The notes beneath the pieces were generated by a model. It was given only the letters and a program-made list of their open reading frames with translations. It did not search any database and had not been told where the DNA came from. From Minisyncoccia bacterium (GTDB taxonomy: Bacteria; Patescibacteriota; Minisyncoccia; Phycocordibacterales; UBA918): a DNA stretch of 64,000 nt. The translations under genes were made by a program, and so were the position numbers. Shown piece by piece: positions 53,412 through 63,976 of this stretch; positions within the stretch are counted from its first letter, which is position 1, and every line of letters starts with the position of its first letter. The stretch covers positions 3,522 to 67,521 of the forward strand of contig JBGSPE010000005.1 of NCBI GenBank assembly GCA_041738755.1. Reading direction: 5' to 3'.

Positions 53412-55421
53412 TTAAATTCCAATCAAGACGGGAATTACCATTGGATTCTTCTGGGTCTTTTGCATGAGGAAGGTACTCATGGTGTTCATAACTTCGTCTT
53501 TGACATACTCAAGATCAAGCGGGTTCATACCTTCTGTGTGTTTTTCAACCGTTCGCTTGATTAAGACGCGAGCTTCGGACAGCAGCTGCTGGTTTTCACG
53601 AAGGTAGATAAATCCGCGAGAGATAATATCTGGTGACTTACGTAGTTTACCAGTCTTACTGTTAACGGTCGCAATAATCACAAACATTCCATCTTGGGCC
53701 AGTGAGAGTCGGTCACGGAGAACTACCTCTTGTTTGGCTCCAACGTTAAATCCGTCCACCAAGAGTAATTCGGTTGGAATCTTAACCGGGAGCACCTTCA
53801 TCTCAGTGCCATTCTTGATATCAATGATAGTTCCGTTATCAGGTACAGCTATATGATCCTTCGGGAAACCATTTTCAACTGCGGCGTACATGTGGCTCTT
53901 TAAGTGGTAGTGGTGACCGTGCACTGGAATGAGGAATGTAGGCTTGATGGTTTGATGAACCCAAACGAGTTCACCAGCATTACCGTGTCCAGAGGAGTGA
54001 ACATGAGAACCTTTGTAGTTGATTACACGAACATTCTTTCGGTAAATATTATCTTTAAGTTTTTGTACCGCAATTTCATTTCCAGGAATAATTGAAGATG
54101 AGAGGACAATGGTATCGCGTTCATTGAGGGTGATGAACTTGTGTTTGTCAGTGGCCATTCGCATGAGGGCCGCAAATTCTTCACCTTGAGCTCCAGTTGA
54201 AAGTACAACGACTTTATCAGCGGGGTATGAATTGATATCGCCGGCACTAATGAAGGTGTCTCTTTTTACTTCGACTAATTTAGCAAGAATCGCAATGTCG
54301 ATATTTGTCTTAATACTCCGTCCTTCCATGACGACCTTTTTACCCGTTTCTTCACAGACTCGGATAATACTGATAAGTCGATCGAATTGTGAAGCAAACG
54401 TACCGATAATCAAACGTCCTCGTGAACTTTTAATAATTTCTTCGAGCGTTTCAAATACTTTACTTTCTGAAGCAGAGAATCCTTCGCGGTCGGCGTTCGT
54501 TGAGTCACAAAGGAGAGCAAGGTTTTTATTAAGACCTACTTTTTCCCATGATGATCGTTCTTCAACTACTACCTTACCGTCTTCATGTATTAGTTTGATG
54601 TCACCGGTGATAACCACATCGCCGTGTTTGGTTTCAATTGCTACTCCCATCGCATCAGGAATAGAGTGAGTGACAGGGAAGGTCTTGATTTTGGTTGAAC
54701 CAACGGTGAACGATTCACCTTCTTTGATGATGTTCATCTTCACCGGTTCCATCTGTGGGAACTCATCTTGACGCTTTAAAATCATCAAAGAGGTGAGGTA
54801 TTGGGTATAAATTGGTGGATTACCAATTCGTTCAATGATGTACGGGATACCTCCGATGTGGTCGAGGTGACCGTGAGTTACAACAAGCGCACGAATTTTG
54901 TGCTTTCGTTCTTCGAGGTATTGCGTGTTTGGAAGAATGTAGTCTACCCCTGGTGTGCCAGTTTCTTCTGAAACGAATTGAAAACCAGCATCAATCACAA
55001 TGATGTCATCTTTTGTTTCGATGATATTCATGTTTCGGCCGATTTCTTCAACTCCCGACACCGTGATGATGCGCACTGTATCTTCGTCAAGGATTTCTGG
55101 AATGACTGGTGATTTACTATCAGTCAAATTCATTCGGTGTGTTAAGGCTGGTGCCTTATCTGGACGACGACGCTGGTTGTTATTGTTGCGTCGGCGAGAT
55201 TTGTTAGCGCCACCGGTTCGGTTACCTGGTTTGGCGTTTGCGTCAGCCGTTCGGGGTCCGTTTTGGGTACGAGGTTTGAAGCCACCAGTTCGATTGTTTG
55301 AAGTGCCAGTGGTAGCGGAAAATGGTCGAGCGCCAGAACGGTTCCGCCTTCGGTAATTACCGCTGCGACCGGTTGCGGCACCTTCAGTCTTTTTTGGTTC
55401 TGCTTGTGGAGACGGGTTCAT
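53412..55421 (-). CDS. rnj: Ribonuclease J (beta-CASP metallo-beta-lactamase RNase) with a roughly 110-aa Arg/Asn/Gly-rich N-terminal extension
   Basis: MBL motif HGHLDHIG, beta-CASP motifs and the C-terminal domain. The N-terminus is low complexity (RSGNYRRRNRSGARPF...KSRRRNNNNQRRRPDK). Confidence 0.9.
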   Translation of the reverse strand: MNPSPQAEPKKTEGAATGRSGNYRRRNRSGARPFSATTGTSNNRTGGFKPRTQNGPRTADANAKPGNRTGGANKSRRRNNNNQRRRPDKAPALTHRMNLTDSKSPVIPEILDEDTVRIITVSGVEEIGRNMNIIETKDDIIVIDAGFQFVSEETGTPGVDYILPNTQYLEERKHKIRALVVTHGHLDHIGGIPYIIERIGNPPIYTQYLTSLMILKRQDEFPQMEPVKMNIIKEGESFTVGSTKIKTFPVTHSIPDAMGVAIETKHGDVVITGDIKLIHEDGKVVVEERSSWEKVGLNKNLALLCDSTNADREGFSASESKVFETLEEIIKSSRGRLIIGTFASQFDRLISIIRVCEETGKKVVMEGRSIKTNIDIAILAKLVEVKRDTFISAGDINSYPADKVVVLSTGAQGEEFAALMRMATDKHKFITLNERDTIVLSSSIIPGNEIAVQKLKDNIYRKNVRVINYKGSHVHSSGHGNAGELVWVHQTIKPTFLIPVHGHHYHLKSHMYAAVENGFPKDHIAVPDNGTIIDIKNGTEMKVLPVKIPTELLLVDGFNVGAKQEVVLRDRLSLAQDGMFVIIATVNSKTGKLRKSPDIISRGFIYLRENQQLLSEARVLIKRTVEKHTEGMNPLDLEYVKDEVMNTMSTFLMQKTQKNPMVIPVLIGI

Positions 55422-55462
55422 ATAAATTTTGTTAATGGTTATTGGTTACTAATTTTTAATGG

Positions 55463-57196
55463 TTATTGAAATACGGGCCATAGTTCGTCACTGTCGGTAT
55501 ACCAGTCGGTAATGTTACTGAATCGGTCAGACGGTCGGCCAATGCTCTCCATGGGCGGGATAATGATATTTTCACCGACGACGTAGACCATTTGTGGTTG
55601 GAATAGAAAAATGGCTGGCCGCTCACTTGATATAATCTCACTTGCTTCACGTAAGCTATTTTTTCGCAGTTCCGCATCTTGCTCAGTACGGGAGGTTGTT
55701 AAGAGGGCGTCAACGGTGAGGTTGGTATATTCAGCGATGTTGAGACCAGGATCATCCTTTTGTGATGAGTGCCAGAATGGGTACAAATCTTGCGACCGAC
55801 TCATGTCGAGCCCAAATAACAGAGCCTGAAAGTCTCGCGGTCGAATGACTGATTGGACCAAACCAGTTTGCTCAAACTGTTCAGTACTTACTTCTACTCC
55901 TAAAGCTTCCCATCGTTTTACCACCTCCTTCATTACCTCGTCAAACAAAGGAACATTGCTGGTACGGAGTGTAATACTCAATACTTCAGTTGTGTCGTCG
56001 ATTTGTTTTTCTAGAAGGCCACGATTGTTTTTGAGCCAACCAGCTTCGGCTAGGATATTTTTGGCTGCTTCAAGAGACGTGCTTGAACTAGTAGCTTCAG
56101 GACTATCTTCAGATTCTAACGTATCAGTAGACTGAATAATAGGCGAGGTAATGGGGACACCGAAGCCATATAACGAAAGTTCAATTAATTCGTCACGGTC
56201 AATGGCTGTTGTCAACGCTTCTCGGACAGCAGCGTCACGCAAAGCAGCTGAACGATTTTGGTTAAAGAATATACCAAATACCCGAGGTAGTGGTTCTTGT
56301 ATGGTTCGAAGTTTATCGTTTTCGATAATATCACTCACGTTTTCGTTTGAAATATAGGCACTGGCATCAATACTGCTGTTCTCCAGTGCAGTGATGAGAT
56401 TGGTTTCATTGGTAAAAAAGTGTAATTCAAACGTATCAATTTTTGGAACGTACTGATTATTTCGGTAAGCATTCAGTATGTAGCGTTCGATGAGTCCTGA
56501 TGCGTCACGTTCGGCCCGCAACAGGTTGAACGGTCCTGAACCAACGGGCTCGGTATTAAGTTGGCTAAATGGCAACTGTTCAATCGGTAGCGCTCCCCAG
56601 AGGTGTTGCGGCATGATGCCAACTAAAAAGTTTTCAATAAACGGAGCATACGGTTCGGCCAAGACAACATTGAGCTCATGCTCACCAATTTCTTCTACTG
56701 TCACATCTGTCCAGTTACCTCGCAGTGGACTCTTAAGGTCTGGATCTTGAATCAAGCGAATGGTGTAGCTGATATCCTTGGCGGTTAACGGAGTTCCATC
56801 GTGAAAGGTAATATCATTACGAACGATAATGTTGTACGTCAGACCATCTTCTGAAACGGTGATTGATTCGGCCACGTCAGGTACTAGTGTTCCATCTAGA
56901 CTAATTTTTAAGAGACCGCTGTAGACAAGCGCGGTGACATCTTGATCTGCCCTCGTGATAGCAAGTGCGGGATTCACAAATCGTGGTGTACCAATTATTC
57001 CTTCTCGCATAACACCACCGTACACTGGAGTTTCTTTGGTGTATGTTTGGTTGATACTAAATAAGAGCCAAATTCCACTAAAAAGCGTAATGAAAAAGAG
57101 GCCACGCAAGAGAAGTCGATCACTTGGTGGAGTGATTTCAATTGTTCCAAGGAGACGGTCAAGCAGACGACTGCTTAATTTACGAGAGGGATTCAT
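55463..57196 (-). CDS. ABC transporter substrate-binding protein, family 5 (OppA/DppA/NikA-like), membrane anchored, no permease genes adjacent
   Basis: SBP_bac_5 architecture with an N-terminal TM helix. Length is 577 aa. Confidence 0.85.
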   Translation of the reverse strand: MNPSRKLSSRLLDRLLGTIEITPPSDRLLLRGLFFITLFSGIWLLFSINQTYTKETPVYGGVMREGIIGTPRFVNPALAITRADQDVTALVYSGLLKISLDGTLVPDVAESITVSEDGLTYNIIVRNDITFHDGTPLTAKDISYTIRLIQDPDLKSPLRGNWTDVTVEEIGEHELNVVLAEPYAPFIENFLVGIMPQHLWGALPIEQLPFSQLNTEPVGSGPFNLLRAERDASGLIERYILNAYRNNQYVPKIDTFELHFFTNETNLITALENSSIDASAYISNENVSDIIENDKLRTIQEPLPRVFGIFFNQNRSAALRDAAVREALTTAIDRDELIELSLYGFGVPITSPIIQSTDTLESEDSPEATSSSTSLEAAKNILAEAGWLKNNRGLLEKQIDDTTEVLSITLRTSNVPLFDEVMKEVVKRWEALGVEVSTEQFEQTGLVQSVIRPRDFQALLFGLDMSRSQDLYPFWHSSQKDDPGLNIAEYTNLTVDALLTTSRTEQDAELRKNSLREASEIISSERPAIFLFQPQMVYVVGENIIIPPMESIGRPSDRFSNITDWYTDSDELWPVFQ

Positions 57197-57299
57197 AAGT
57201 ACTAGTACGAGTAAAATATAAGGTGCATTTCACTTCAAGTCGGCGAAACTATCTGCCTGCAAGGAAGCAGTAAGAATAGTCACGTAGCTGTAACTTGGT

Positions 57300-57539
57300 T
57301 TAGGCTACAGCAGTAAGCAAAGCGGTCAATACAAACAAAATCGAGATTCCGATTGAAAACTTGAAGAGGAAAAGCTCTGCGCCACGACGCTTGTGAAAAG
57401 CTGAACTGAAGTTGTCGCCACCAAAGGCTCCACCCAAGCTCGAACCACGCTGTTGCAGTAGAATTGCGGCAACGAGGAGAATGGAGAGGATAATTTGGAT
57501 ATATGGCAGTGCTGGAAGCACTGATTGGATACTATTCAT
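57300..57539 (-). CDS. secG: Preprotein translocase subunit SecG
   Basis: Two TM helices separated by LLQQRGSSLGGAFGG (the SecG glycine-rich loop). The start is taken at MNSIQSV. Confidence 0.75.
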   Translation of the reverse strand: MNSIQSVLPALPYIQIILSILLVAAILLQQRGSSLGGAFGGDNFSSAFHKRRGAELFLFKFSIGISILFVLTALLTAVA

Positions 57540-57659
57540 GCCGAAGTAATATAGCAGATATGTTGTAATTAGCAAGGTGAAGATAAGGGATAGATAGTTG
57601 CATATTATACGTATACCACTATAGTAGACACAGCATTCTTAGTTCAGGGAGATAAAGAA

Positions 57660-57935
57660 ATGACGTTAGAAAAGCTTGCAAAAGCAGTGGTTGACCTCGT
57701 GGCTCAATTGGCCAGGCATTTACTCGAAATGTTCCTAGTTGTAGTTGCAATTGCTGTGATGGCTGCAATTCTCGTATATGCTGGATACAGTCTTGGTGCA
57801 CCCACTCACGTTCAGTATGTTCTGGGAGGAGTGCCGATGGTTCTCGGTGCGTCGTATATTATATGGCGGACAGTCACCTTCAATATGAACAGCACCAATC
57901 AATTTTTCGCAGATGTGGAAAATATGGACAAATGA
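57660..57935 (+). CDS. Hypothetical small membrane protein
   Basis: Two TM helices, followed by a terminator. Confidence 0.4.
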   Translation: MTLEKLAKAVVDLVAQLARHLLEMFLVVVAIAVMAAILVYAGYSLGAPTHVQYVLGGVPMVLGASYIIWRTVTFNMNSTNQFFADVENMDK

Positions 57936-57962
57936 CTTCCAATTTTTCTGAAGCAGTGAGTA

Positions 57963-57988
57963 AAGGCCCCGCCAAGCGGGGCCTTTTT
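57963..57988 (+). terminator. Rho-independent terminator
   Basis: AAAGGCCCCGC-CAA-GCGGGGCCTTTTT. Confidence 0.75.
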
Positions 57989-58021
57989 GCGCGTATCAAT
58001 AGTTTCATATAGAATAAGCAC

Positions 58022-58054
58022 GCGACGAAGCGGTTGTGACGGAAATTTCGTCGC
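58022..58054 (+). promoter_or_regulatory. Inverted repeat GCGACGAA-N17-TTCGTCGC in the groES upstream region (candidate operator, not the CIRCE consensus)
   Basis: Perfect 8-bp arms between the upstream terminator and the groES start (58100). Confidence 0.3.
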
Positions 58055-58099
58055 AGAAGTAACCCCATTAGTATAGTTCTTAATTGTTAACATTGATTT

Positions 58100-58423
58100 A
58101 TGTCAGAACACAAAAGTCCGATTCGACCACTAAACGACAGGGTAATTGTGCGCCCGCTCACGCCCGAAGAACTGGGTACAATGTCAGCGTCAGGGATTAT
58201 CATTCCTGAAACAGCTAAGAAAGAAAAGCCAGAACAGGGAATTGTTATCGCGGTTGGTCCTGGTAAATTTGATGAAGACGGAGAAAAGCGAATTCCACTT
58301 GATGTAAAAGAAGGTGACCGAATTGTCTTCTCAAAGTACGGATACGATGAAATTAAATTTGAAAATAAGGAATACTTTATCGTGTCTGAGGCGAGTATCT
58401 TAGGTGTATTTTTTACTAGCTAA
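58100..58423 (+). CDS. groES: Co-chaperonin GroES
   Basis: IRPLNDRVIVRP...GIIIPETAKEKPEQG...EGDRIVFSKYG. Confidence 0.95.
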   Translation: MSEHKSPIRPLNDRVIVRPLTPEELGTMSASGIIIPETAKKEKPEQGIVIAVGPGKFDEDGEKRIPLDVKEGDRIVFSKYGYDEIKFENKEYFIVSEASILGVFFTS

Positions 58424-58426
58424 TAA

Positions 58427-60085
<1,659 letters not shown>

Positions 60086-60113
60086 GGCCACTGTTTTCAG
60101 GTCTGAACAGTAG

Positions 60114-60142
60114 AAAAAGTACCCATACTTGGGTACTTTTTC
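60114..60142 (+). terminator. Rho-independent terminator
   Basis: AAAAAGTACCCA-TACT-TGGGTACTTTTTCTTT. Confidence 0.75.
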
Positions 60143-60211
60143 TTTGCAGATAAGTAGAAACTATTGTGGTATAATGTAAACACTATTGGTTAGTAATTTT
60201 GAACAGAATCT

Positions 60212-60790
60212 ATGAATTGGATTATTTTAGGAGTCATTGCAGTAGCTGTGTTGTACGCAATCTATTTGTATAACAACTTTGTTAAGTTGGTACAACGAGT
60301 GAAAGAAGCATGGGCTGATATTGATGTGCAGTTGAAGCGACGATATGACCTCATCCCAAACTTAGTTGAAGCAGTAAAGGGGTATGCGTCTCACGAGCGA
60401 GCAGTCTTTGACGAAGTAACAGAAGCTCGAGCCAAAGCCACCCAAGTTCACGTTGACCCAACCAACATAACAGCTGAACAAATCACCGCTATGGCTGGAG
60501 CTGAGTCAGCGCTTGGTGCATCACTAGGGAAGCTTTTGGCGGTGGCTGAAGCCTATCCAGACCTCAAAGCCAATGAAAACTTTGCGCAACTACAATCAGA
60601 ATTGGTTGACACCGAAAACAAAATTCAAGCTGCGCGACGATTCTATAACGGTAATGTACGAGATCTCAATATTGCACTTCAATCATTTCCTTCAAATGTT
60701 GTTGGAAAGACATTTGGCTTCAAGGGCGAAGAATATTTTGAATTAGCAGAAAATAGTGTTGAAAGAGAAGTGGTGAACGTAAGTTTCTAA
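60212..60790 (+). CDS. lemA: LemA family protein
   Basis: N-terminal TM helix plus a LemA helical domain (VQRVKEAWADIDVQLKRRYDLIPNLVEAVKGYASHER...RRFYNGNVRDLN). Confidence 0.85.
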   Translation: MNWIILGVIAVAVLYAIYLYNNFVKLVQRVKEAWADIDVQLKRRYDLIPNLVEAVKGYASHERAVFDEVTEARAKATQVHVDPTNITAEQITAMAGAESALGASLGKLLAVAEAYPDLKANENFAQLQSELVDTENKIQAARRFYNGNVRDLNIALQSFPSNVVGKTFGFKGEEYFELAENSVEREVVNVSF

Positions 60791-60796
60791 CCAGAC

Positions 60797-61180
60797 ATGT
60801 CTGAAATAACCCGGGTCTATTACAACAAGCTTGTCCGTGACAATATCCCGGGTAAGATTGAGGCCAAACATGTTGCCTGCGACGTCAGAAAAATTACTGA
60901 TGCCCAGGAACTGCAGCAGGAACTTCTCAAGAAAATTAAAGAGGAAGCCACGTCGCTCTCGATGGCACGAACAAGAGAGGAATTTCTAGAAGAATACTGT
61001 GATTTATTAGTGGTCCTTGAGACACTCATGTCTCAAATTGGTCTTACCAAAGAAGAAACCCTTGAGGCCAGGAAAGAAAACCTGCTTCGCAAAGGTGCGT
61101 ATAAACACGGGTATTTCCTCCATTGGTCTGCCGATGTTGGATATCAATCAAATGAAACTCCTCAAGGTGTACCCTTGTAA
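60797..61180 (+). CDS. MazG/HisE-like all-alpha nucleoside triphosphate pyrophosphohydrolase
   Basis: YYNKLVRDNIPGKIEA matches the N-terminal signature of PRA-PH/MazG-like house-cleaning NTP pyrophosphatases, followed by a conserved E-rich helix (EEFLEEYCDLLVVLE). Confidence 0.6.
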   Translation: MSEITRVYYNKLVRDNIPGKIEAKHVACDVRKITDAQELQQELLKKIKEEATSLSMARTREEFLEEYCDLLVVLETLMSQIGLTKEETLEARKENLLRKGAYKHGYFLHWSADVGYQSNETPQGVPL

Positions 61181-61184
61181 CATA

Positions 61185-61208
61185 AAACAGCCCTTGAGGG
61201 CTGTTTTA
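61185..61208 (+). terminator. Rho-independent terminator
   Basis: AAACAGCCC-TTGA-GGGCTGTTTT. Confidence 0.7.
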
Positions 61209-61223
61209 TAATAAAAAATCTTT

Positions 61224-62924
61224 ATGAAAAAATTACTACCACTTTTTATTTTCTTCGTACTTCTATTAGCTGGTGCCGTGGAAGTCCAGGCTGAAGTAAT
61301 TAAAGACTTTGATGTCAGTTATACCGTCAATCAAGATGGTACAGTCGATGTTAAAGAAACTATTGTCTATGATTTTGAAAGTGAGGAGCGGCGTGGGATT
61401 TTCCGCATACTAAAGAATACCCACCCGCAACCAGCAACCGCATGGTACAAGAGTCGTGAAGTGGTAACGCAAGTAGAAGGGGTGACTAAAGATACTAGTT
61501 CAGAACCGTTTGTCGTAACCGAATCTGGCTCTGAGCTAGAAATTCGGATAGGTGACTCTGATGTGTATCTGACCGGTGAACATACGTATGAGATTAGCTA
61601 TACACTCATCGGAGCGCTTTCTAGTGGTCCCGAGGGAGCAGAATTTTACTGGAATGTAACTGGTGCTGACTGGCCCGTCACCATCAATCAAGTGGGTGTC
61701 GTCGTGAATAGTGATCGTGAAGGAGTGATTGCAGAACAGGCCGCCTGTTATGTTGGAGACACCGGAAGTCAAGAAGCCTGCCTCTCAATTGAAAAAAATA
61801 ACTTTAATGTTTTGTTTGAAGCCGCCACCCTTGCCCCAGGCGAGCAACTTACGATTGCTGTGGAGTTAGACCCAGCGCAAGTTGCAATCGTTTCTTTTGA
61901 AGAAACCTCGTACTTACCGTTTGGGTTTGGCTTACTGGCGTTATGGTCACTTTATTTTGCTTGGCGGTTATATACATATCTCATAAGTGAACGACTCAAC
62001 CTACCAATAATAGCTCAATATGAACCGTATGGTGAGTATTTGCCAATGTTTACCGGGGTATTAATGGACGGCAAACTTGATCCACATGATATTACCGCTG
62101 GGATTATGTACTTGGCTGAACAAGGATTTCTGAAGATTAAACGTATTGAAACTAAGAAGCTTTGGATATTTGATACGGTTGACTACGAAATCACCCTGCT
62201 TCGCCCGATAGCCGAAATCCCGACCGAATACCTCAAAACTTTAAGTGGACTATTATTCAAGAAGGAGGCACCAGTCGGAAAGTCTGTGACGCTATCTGAT
62301 TTAGAAGACAACCGCACTCAGAATTCGGTACTTTTGATAAAACTACAAAAAAACCTGCTCAAAGAGCTTAAGGTGACTGGTGTATTTACTGATGCACTAC
62401 CAAAATGGACCCTAACTCAGACAATAGTAGCAATAACTGTCGTCGTTATATTTGGTTGGTTTTTGTTTGTACCCGACGGAGTTGTTGTGACAGTGCTTGC
62501 AGTCATGGAGACATTCATTATCGGGTTAATAGGGTTAATTAGCTTTAATAATCGCCGGACAAAAAAGGGTTATGAGATTAAAAATCATCTTGAAGGATTC
62601 AAGTTGTTTTTATCAGTAACTGATAAAGAACGGTTTGATTTTCATAATGCTCCAGAAAAAAATCCGGAACTATTTATGAAGTATCTTCCATATGCGGTAG
62701 CGCTTGGGGTTGAAGAAAAGTGGGCTAAAGTATTTGCTGGAATTACGATTCCGCAACCTGAGTGGTATGACGGGGGAGGGGTAGCTACCTTCTCCGCAGC
62801 TGCTCTTACCAGTGACTTGTCTAATTTTTCAACTAGTTTTGCTACTAGTTCTGGAACTACTGGTTCTTCAGGCGGTGGATCAGCTGGAGGTGGAGGAGGT
62901 GGTGGGGGAGGCGGAAGCTGGTAA
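61224..62924 (+). CDS. DUF2207 family membrane protein with a poly-Gly C-terminal tail
   Basis: Signal peptide, an N-terminal beta-rich extracytoplasmic domain, TM helices, a cytoplasmic region and the terminal GGGSAGGGGGGGGGGSW tail typical of DUF2207. Confidence 0.75.
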   Translation: MKKLLPLFIFFVLLLAGAVEVQAEVIKDFDVSYTVNQDGTVDVKETIVYDFESEERRGIFRILKNTHPQPATAWYKSREVVTQVEGVTKDTSSEPFVVTESGSELEIRIGDSDVYLTGEHTYEISYTLIGALSSGPEGAEFYWNVTGADWPVTINQVGVVVNSDREGVIAEQAACYVGDTGSQEACLSIEKNNFNVLFEAATLAPGEQLTIAVELDPAQVAIVSFEETSYLPFGFGLLALWSLYFAWRLYTYLISERLNLPIIAQYEPYGEYLPMFTGVLMDGKLDPHDITAGIMYLAEQGFLKIKRIETKKLWIFDTVDYEITLLRPIAEIPTEYLKTLSGLLFKKEAPVGKSVTLSDLEDNRTQNSVLLIKLQKNLLKELKVTGVFTDALPKWTLTQTIVAITVVVIFGWFLFVPDGVVVTVLAVMETFIIGLIGLISFNNRRTKKGYEIKNHLEGFKLFLSVTDKERFDFHNAPEKNPELFMKYLPYAVALGVEEKWAKVFAGITIPQPEWYDGGGVATFSAAALTSDLSNFSTSFATSSGTTGSSGGGSAGGGGGGGGGGSW

Positions 62925-62971
62925 GCGGGCACGCTACGAAATTTCCCATTTTACGGTATACTAATTGAATT

Positions 62972-63874
62972 ATGGCAACACTGTATACACATCAAGGGGC
63001 AAATATCCGCAAGACGTGGCTTCTAATGACCTTCTTTTTCCTGATTGTGATGGTACTGGGTTACGTCGTATCTATCATTTATGAGAGTCCGATTATCTTT
63101 TATGTCGCTGTCCTCTTTGCGATTGGAATGAATATCACAAGCTATTGGTATTCAGATTCGTTGGTCATCAAAATGACTGGTGCTGTTCCAGCCTCAAGAG
63201 AAACCCATCGAGATCTCATTACTATCGTAGAAAATCTCTCAATCACCGCTGGACTACCAATGCCTAAGGTGTATGTCGTCAATGACATGGCTCCAAACGC
63301 CTTTGCCACCGGTCGTAATCCAGAGCATGCGGTCGTGGCAGCTACTACCGGTCTCTTGGCAATTCTTGATAAAAATGAGCTTGAAGGTGTCATGGCCCAC
63401 GAGCTATCTCATGTCGGTAACCGGGACATGCTCGTCTCAACGGTAGCTGTGGTACTCGCTGGCTTTGTGGCTATCTTGGCCGATATTATGATGCGTTCAA
63501 TGATGTTTGGCGGAAACCGAAGTGAAGATAATCGAGTTGGAGCTCTGTTTATTGTGCTCGGTGTTATAGGTATCATCCTTGCTCCAATTGCCGCCCAAAT
63601 GATTCAGCTCGCAATTTCACGCAAGCGGGAGTTTTTGGCTGATGCTTCAGGGGCTCTTCTTACTCGGTACCCAGAAGGCCTTGCTTCAGCCCTAGAAAAA
63701 ATCCAAAGTCATAGTCAGCCCATGCGGAGGGCTAATAACGCCACTGCCCACTTGTTTATTGCTGATCCGTTTGGAGATGATAAGCGTTCATTTGGACAAA
63801 AGATTTCAAACCTTTTCCAGACTCACCCCCCAGCTGCAGACCGGATTCGCATTTTGCGAAGCATGGATATGTAG
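62972..63874 (+). CDS. htpX: Membrane zinc metalloprotease HtpX (M48 family)
   Basis: HELSHVGNRD HExxH motif, four TM helices and a downstream Glu (ISRKREFLAD). Confidence 0.9.
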   Translation: MATLYTHQGANIRKTWLLMTFFFLIVMVLGYVVSIIYESPIIFYVAVLFAIGMNITSYWYSDSLVIKMTGAVPASRETHRDLITIVENLSITAGLPMPKVYVVNDMAPNAFATGRNPEHAVVAATTGLLAILDKNELEGVMAHELSHVGNRDMLVSTVAVVLAGFVAILADIMMRSMMFGGNRSEDNRVGALFIVLGVIGIILAPIAAQMIQLAISRKREFLADASGALLTRYPEGLASALEKIQSHSQPMRRANNATAHLFIADPFGDDKRSFGQKISNLFQTHPPAADRIRILRSMDM

Positions 63875-63889
63875 TATTCTATCTCTCAC

Positions 63890-63976
63890 GGAGAGATGGC
63901 AGAGTGGTTGATCGCGCTACCTTGGAAAGGTAGTATACGTGAAAGCGTATCGGAGGTTCGAATCCTCTTCTCTCCG
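63890..63976 (+). tRNA. tRNA-Ser (anticodon GGA), class II with long variable arm
   Basis: GGAGAGA acceptor pairing with TCTCTCC, anticodon stem CTACC/GGTAG with loop TTGGAAA, a long variable arm (TATACGTGAAAGCGTATC), a GGTTCGAATCC T-arm and a G discriminator. The D-stem contains a mismatch. Confidence 0.75.

Noticed and set aside
57197-57299. Possible small SRP (4.5S) RNA in the secG-oppA intergenic region because of an AAGGAAGCAG motif
   Set aside because: I could not build the conserved helix-8 GNRA tetraloop or the symmetric and asymmetric loops, nor terminal pairing, from the sequence. The 10-nt resemblance to GGAAGGAAGCAG may be chance. Left for an Infernal (Rfam SRP) scan.
57990-58099. 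CIRCE/HrcA operator upstream of groES
   Set aside because: The canonical TTAGCACTC-N9-GAGTGCTAA is absent. Only an unrelated inverted repeat is present, and it is reported separately.
62860-62925. GGN codon run resembling a simple repeat
   Set aside because: It encodes the poly-Gly tail characteristic of DUF2207 proteins. It is not a CRISPR or VNTR element.
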